Notes under the pieces: generated by a model | Told to the model about the DNA's origin: nothing | The model's input: only the letters and a program-made list of their open reading frames with translations | The model's database searches: none | Translations under genes and position numbers: made by a program | Shown: positions 61,236-64,000 of the stretch, one piece after another | Layout: every line of letters begins with the position of its first letter | How positions within the stretch are numbered: position 1 is the stretch's first letter | NCBI RefSeq assembly: GCF_963921235.1 | Contig: NC_086097.1 | Span: 133,734,001 to 133,798,000 of the forward strand | Reading direction: 5' to 3' | Origin: Mobula hypostoma | Taxonomy: Eukaryota | Length of the DNA: 64,000 nucleotides

Positions 61236-62126
61236 AGGATGCTAAGAGGATGCAGGTTGACTTGGATAGGTTGAGTGAGTGGGCAAACTCATGGCAGATG
61301 CAATTTAATGTGGATAAATGTGAAGTTATCCACTTTGGTGGCAAAAATAGGAAAACAGATTATTATCTGAATGGTGGCCGATTAGGAAAAGGGGAGGTGC
61401 AACGAGACCTGGGTGTCATTATACACCAGTCATTGAAAGTGGGCATGCAGGTACAGCAGGCGGTGAAAAAGGCGAACGGTATGCTGGCATTTATAGCGAG
61501 AGGATTCGAGTACAGGAGCAGGGAGGTACTACTGCAGTTGTACAAGGCCTTGGTGAGACCACACCTGGAGTATTGTGTGCAGTTTTGGTCCCCTAATCTG
61601 AGGAAAGACATCTTTGCCATAGAGGGAGTACAAAGAAGGTTCACCAGATTGATTCCTGGGATGGCAGGTCTTTCATATGAAGAAAGACTGGATGAACTGG
61701 GCTTGTACTCGTTGGAATTTAGAAGATTGAGGGGGGATCTGATTGAAACGTATAAGATCCTAAAGGGATTGGACAGGCTAGATGCAGGAAGATTGTTCCC
61801 GATGTTGGGGAGGTCTAGAACGAGGGGTCACAGTTTGAGGATAGAGGGGAAGCCTTTTAGGACCGAGGTTAGGAAAAACTTCTTCACACAGAGAGTGGTG
61901 AATCTGTGGAATTCTCTGCCACAGCAAACTGTTGAGGCCAGTTCATTAGCTATGTTTAAAAGGAAGTTAGATATGGCCCTTGTGGCTACAGGGGTCAGGG
62001 GGTATGGAGGGAAGGCTGGGTTCTGAGTTGGATGATCAGCCATGATCATAATAAATGGCGGTGCAGGCTCGAAGGGCCGAATGGCCTACTCCTGCACCTA
62101 TTTTCTATGTTTCTATGTTTCTATGA
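61236..62126 (+). mobile_element. Young CR1 LINE, 5'-truncated, uninterrupted 258 aa ORF2 C-terminus
   Basis: WQMQFNVDKCEVIHFG, QRDLGV, LVRPHLEYCVQFWSP, LEFRRLRGDLIETYKIL, SRTRGH, FFTQRVVNLWNSLP; perfect (TTCTATGT)n tail. Confidence 0.96.
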
Positions 62127-62224
62127 TTTGTTTAATACTCCCATGTTATGTCATTGACATGCAAGAGCACAAAGGGATGAATTTGGGAGTCTGTTATGGG
62201 CTTCTTTTCTAGTTTATCCATGAA

Positions 62225-62607
62225 GATATTGTCAGAGCTCCTGAGTTATGGGGAGAGGGTGGTCAGGACAGATCTTTATTCCTTGGAAATTAGGAGAGGG
62301 AGAGGAGACCTGAAAGAAGTGTTTAAAATTGTGAGAGGCATAGATAAGATAGTCTTTTCCCCAGGATAGGCAAGTCCAAAACTAGGTTTATGATGAGGAG
62401 GGAAGGATGGAAAAAAGATCTGAGGGGCAACTTTATCATGGAAAGGATTCTGAGTGTATGGAATGAGCTGCCAGCGACAGGTACAATAGTATCACTTAAG
62501 AAACACTTGGATACGCGCATAGAAGGTGTGGCCCGAATGCAAGAGATTAGCAGGAGCCAGGTGGACAATGTGCTTGACATAGACTTATTGGGCTAAAAGT
62601 CTTATAT
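62225..62607 (+). mobile_element. Old CR1 3' fragment
   Basis: ctgagttatggggagagg...ggagacctga; KKDLRGNF...VWNELP...KKHLD. Confidence 0.7.
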
Positions 62608-63942
62608 TGGAGGGTGGAGTGAAATCGAGATGGCGCTAAACAGCAACTCCTTTGCTTGTATCTTCAGAAACAGCTCTATTTCCATCTATCTCTTTTTTTC
62701 CTTTTCAAGGTACTTTTGAAAACCCTGACCTGGAGTTACACGCTGACTTTGGTTCTTTGTGGGAATGGGTCCCGCTCTTAGGGCCACTGTCAGGACACTG
62801 GAGCAGGGATCCAATTGCAGACAAAGTACTGTGCACACAGTGATATTAATTGAGTAACAAATCATGAAGTGCAAGCAAAGTCAGTGTCAAAGTTCAGGCA
62901 GAGATCAAAACATCCAGAGAACTCCAAAAACCAGAATCAGGAAACAGGAAAGTCAATATTCAGACAGACAGAGGTCAGATACAAATGCTGGAAAGGCTCA
63001 GGAAAATTCACTGGCACTATCTGACAACAAACAGGTGAAAACACAGGACTGAAATACACTGAGCAATAAACAGAGAGGCAGATGATAGGTGGAGCACAAT
63101 GAGACACAGGTGGCAGCAATACAGGTGATAATGAGAAACTGGAGGGGCGGAGTACTCGGTAATACAGGGGCCAGAGTAGAGCAGGACCGGGGACAGGAGC
63201 ATATAGTAACAGGGGGAAAACGCACAAAAAGACCAAGTTCAACTGGAGGTACTGACAACCTCACGACCAGCTGCTTATTGATACCCCAAGGACATGGCCT
63301 GGAAGGTGAGTGTGCCTTCAGGGTTACGGATTTTCATTCCTCTGGAGATGTGCTGATTCTAGGCCCGTGCCCCTGACTGAGGCATCACGGGAGAACACGG
63401 AACATCGGGAGCAGCGGATTAGCTGTCGGGGTTGTGTGTCCAGGGATCTGCACCTTTTTGGTGCTGACTCTCTGGGCTCAGAGCTCAGAAAAAGTGACAC
63501 AACAGACTTTTAATATAGTAAATCAGCGAGTTGTTTGTTATGTCTCCCCTCTCGCCTTGAAACAGGGATACCTCTTTTTCCCCTATTAGGGAGAGAGAGC
63601 ACCTGTTATATGTCAAATTACTGGGTAAATGAGTAGACTTTCGGGTACTGCAAGTCTGTGTCTTTATTGATGCTTGCTGCATACTTGAGTGCTCAGTGGA
63701 GGGTGTTGATGATTTTTTGCTGGTGGGGGGGGGGTTGTTGCTTTGCTGCTGCTTATGCGTGGGAGGGGAGAGCCGGGGGGGGGTGGCTTTGGGTTTCTAA
63801 CATTTAACTATCATTCATTATTTGGGGCACTTCTCTGTTTTCATGGATGTTTGCAAAGAAAAAGAATTTCAGGATGTATATTGCATACATTTCTCTGACA
63901 TTAAATGTACCTATTGACCTATTGATCTATGCTCTATTGACC
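62608..63942 (+). mobile_element. Non-autonomous retroposon (family C) interrupted by a solo LTR
   Basis: Begins ...gagatggcgctaaac; no coding capacity; ends attaaatgtacctattgacctattga with a (CTATTGA)n tail. Confidence 0.6.
62788..63257 (-). mobile_element. Solo LTR-like element
   Basis: TGTCAG...CTGACA termini; minus-strand end ...tctgcaattggatccc...tgaca resembles the family A LTR end; TSD poor. Confidence 0.65.
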
Positions 63943-64000
63943 AAGTCTTACCCTGTAGTTGCTTATCTCACTGTTGAAAGCCCATGATGACTCACTGCAT

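Overview
This is eukaryotic DNA, not prokaryotic. It is a transposon-dominated, intron- or intergenic-like window, most likely from a cartilaginous fish such as a ray. That assignment is inferred from HE1/V-SINE-like copies, shark/ray-type CR1 tails, Rex1/Babar LINEs and Penelope-like elements, all recognised by eye without database searches. Nearly every ORF in the supplied track is a sense or antisense read of a decayed retroelement. No complete host gene, rRNA, tRNA or CRISPR array is supported; one or two isolated minus-strand exon candidates are noted. The most interesting layer is RNA-structural. About a dozen Penelope pLTR copies carry a minimal type-I hammerhead ribozyme motif, and the copy at 18007-18042 has an intact core. 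These pLTRs recur as fold-back insertions, from a 1.6 kb GIY-YIG element with a 15 bp TSD down to a 108 bp insert that is mostly a 32 bp hairpin with a 13 bp TSD. Other notable items are a four-TIR palindromic mariner derivative, solo LTRs with a variable 64 bp hairpin-forming array, and a CR1>L1>Penelope nest. Boundaries of old repeats are approximate.
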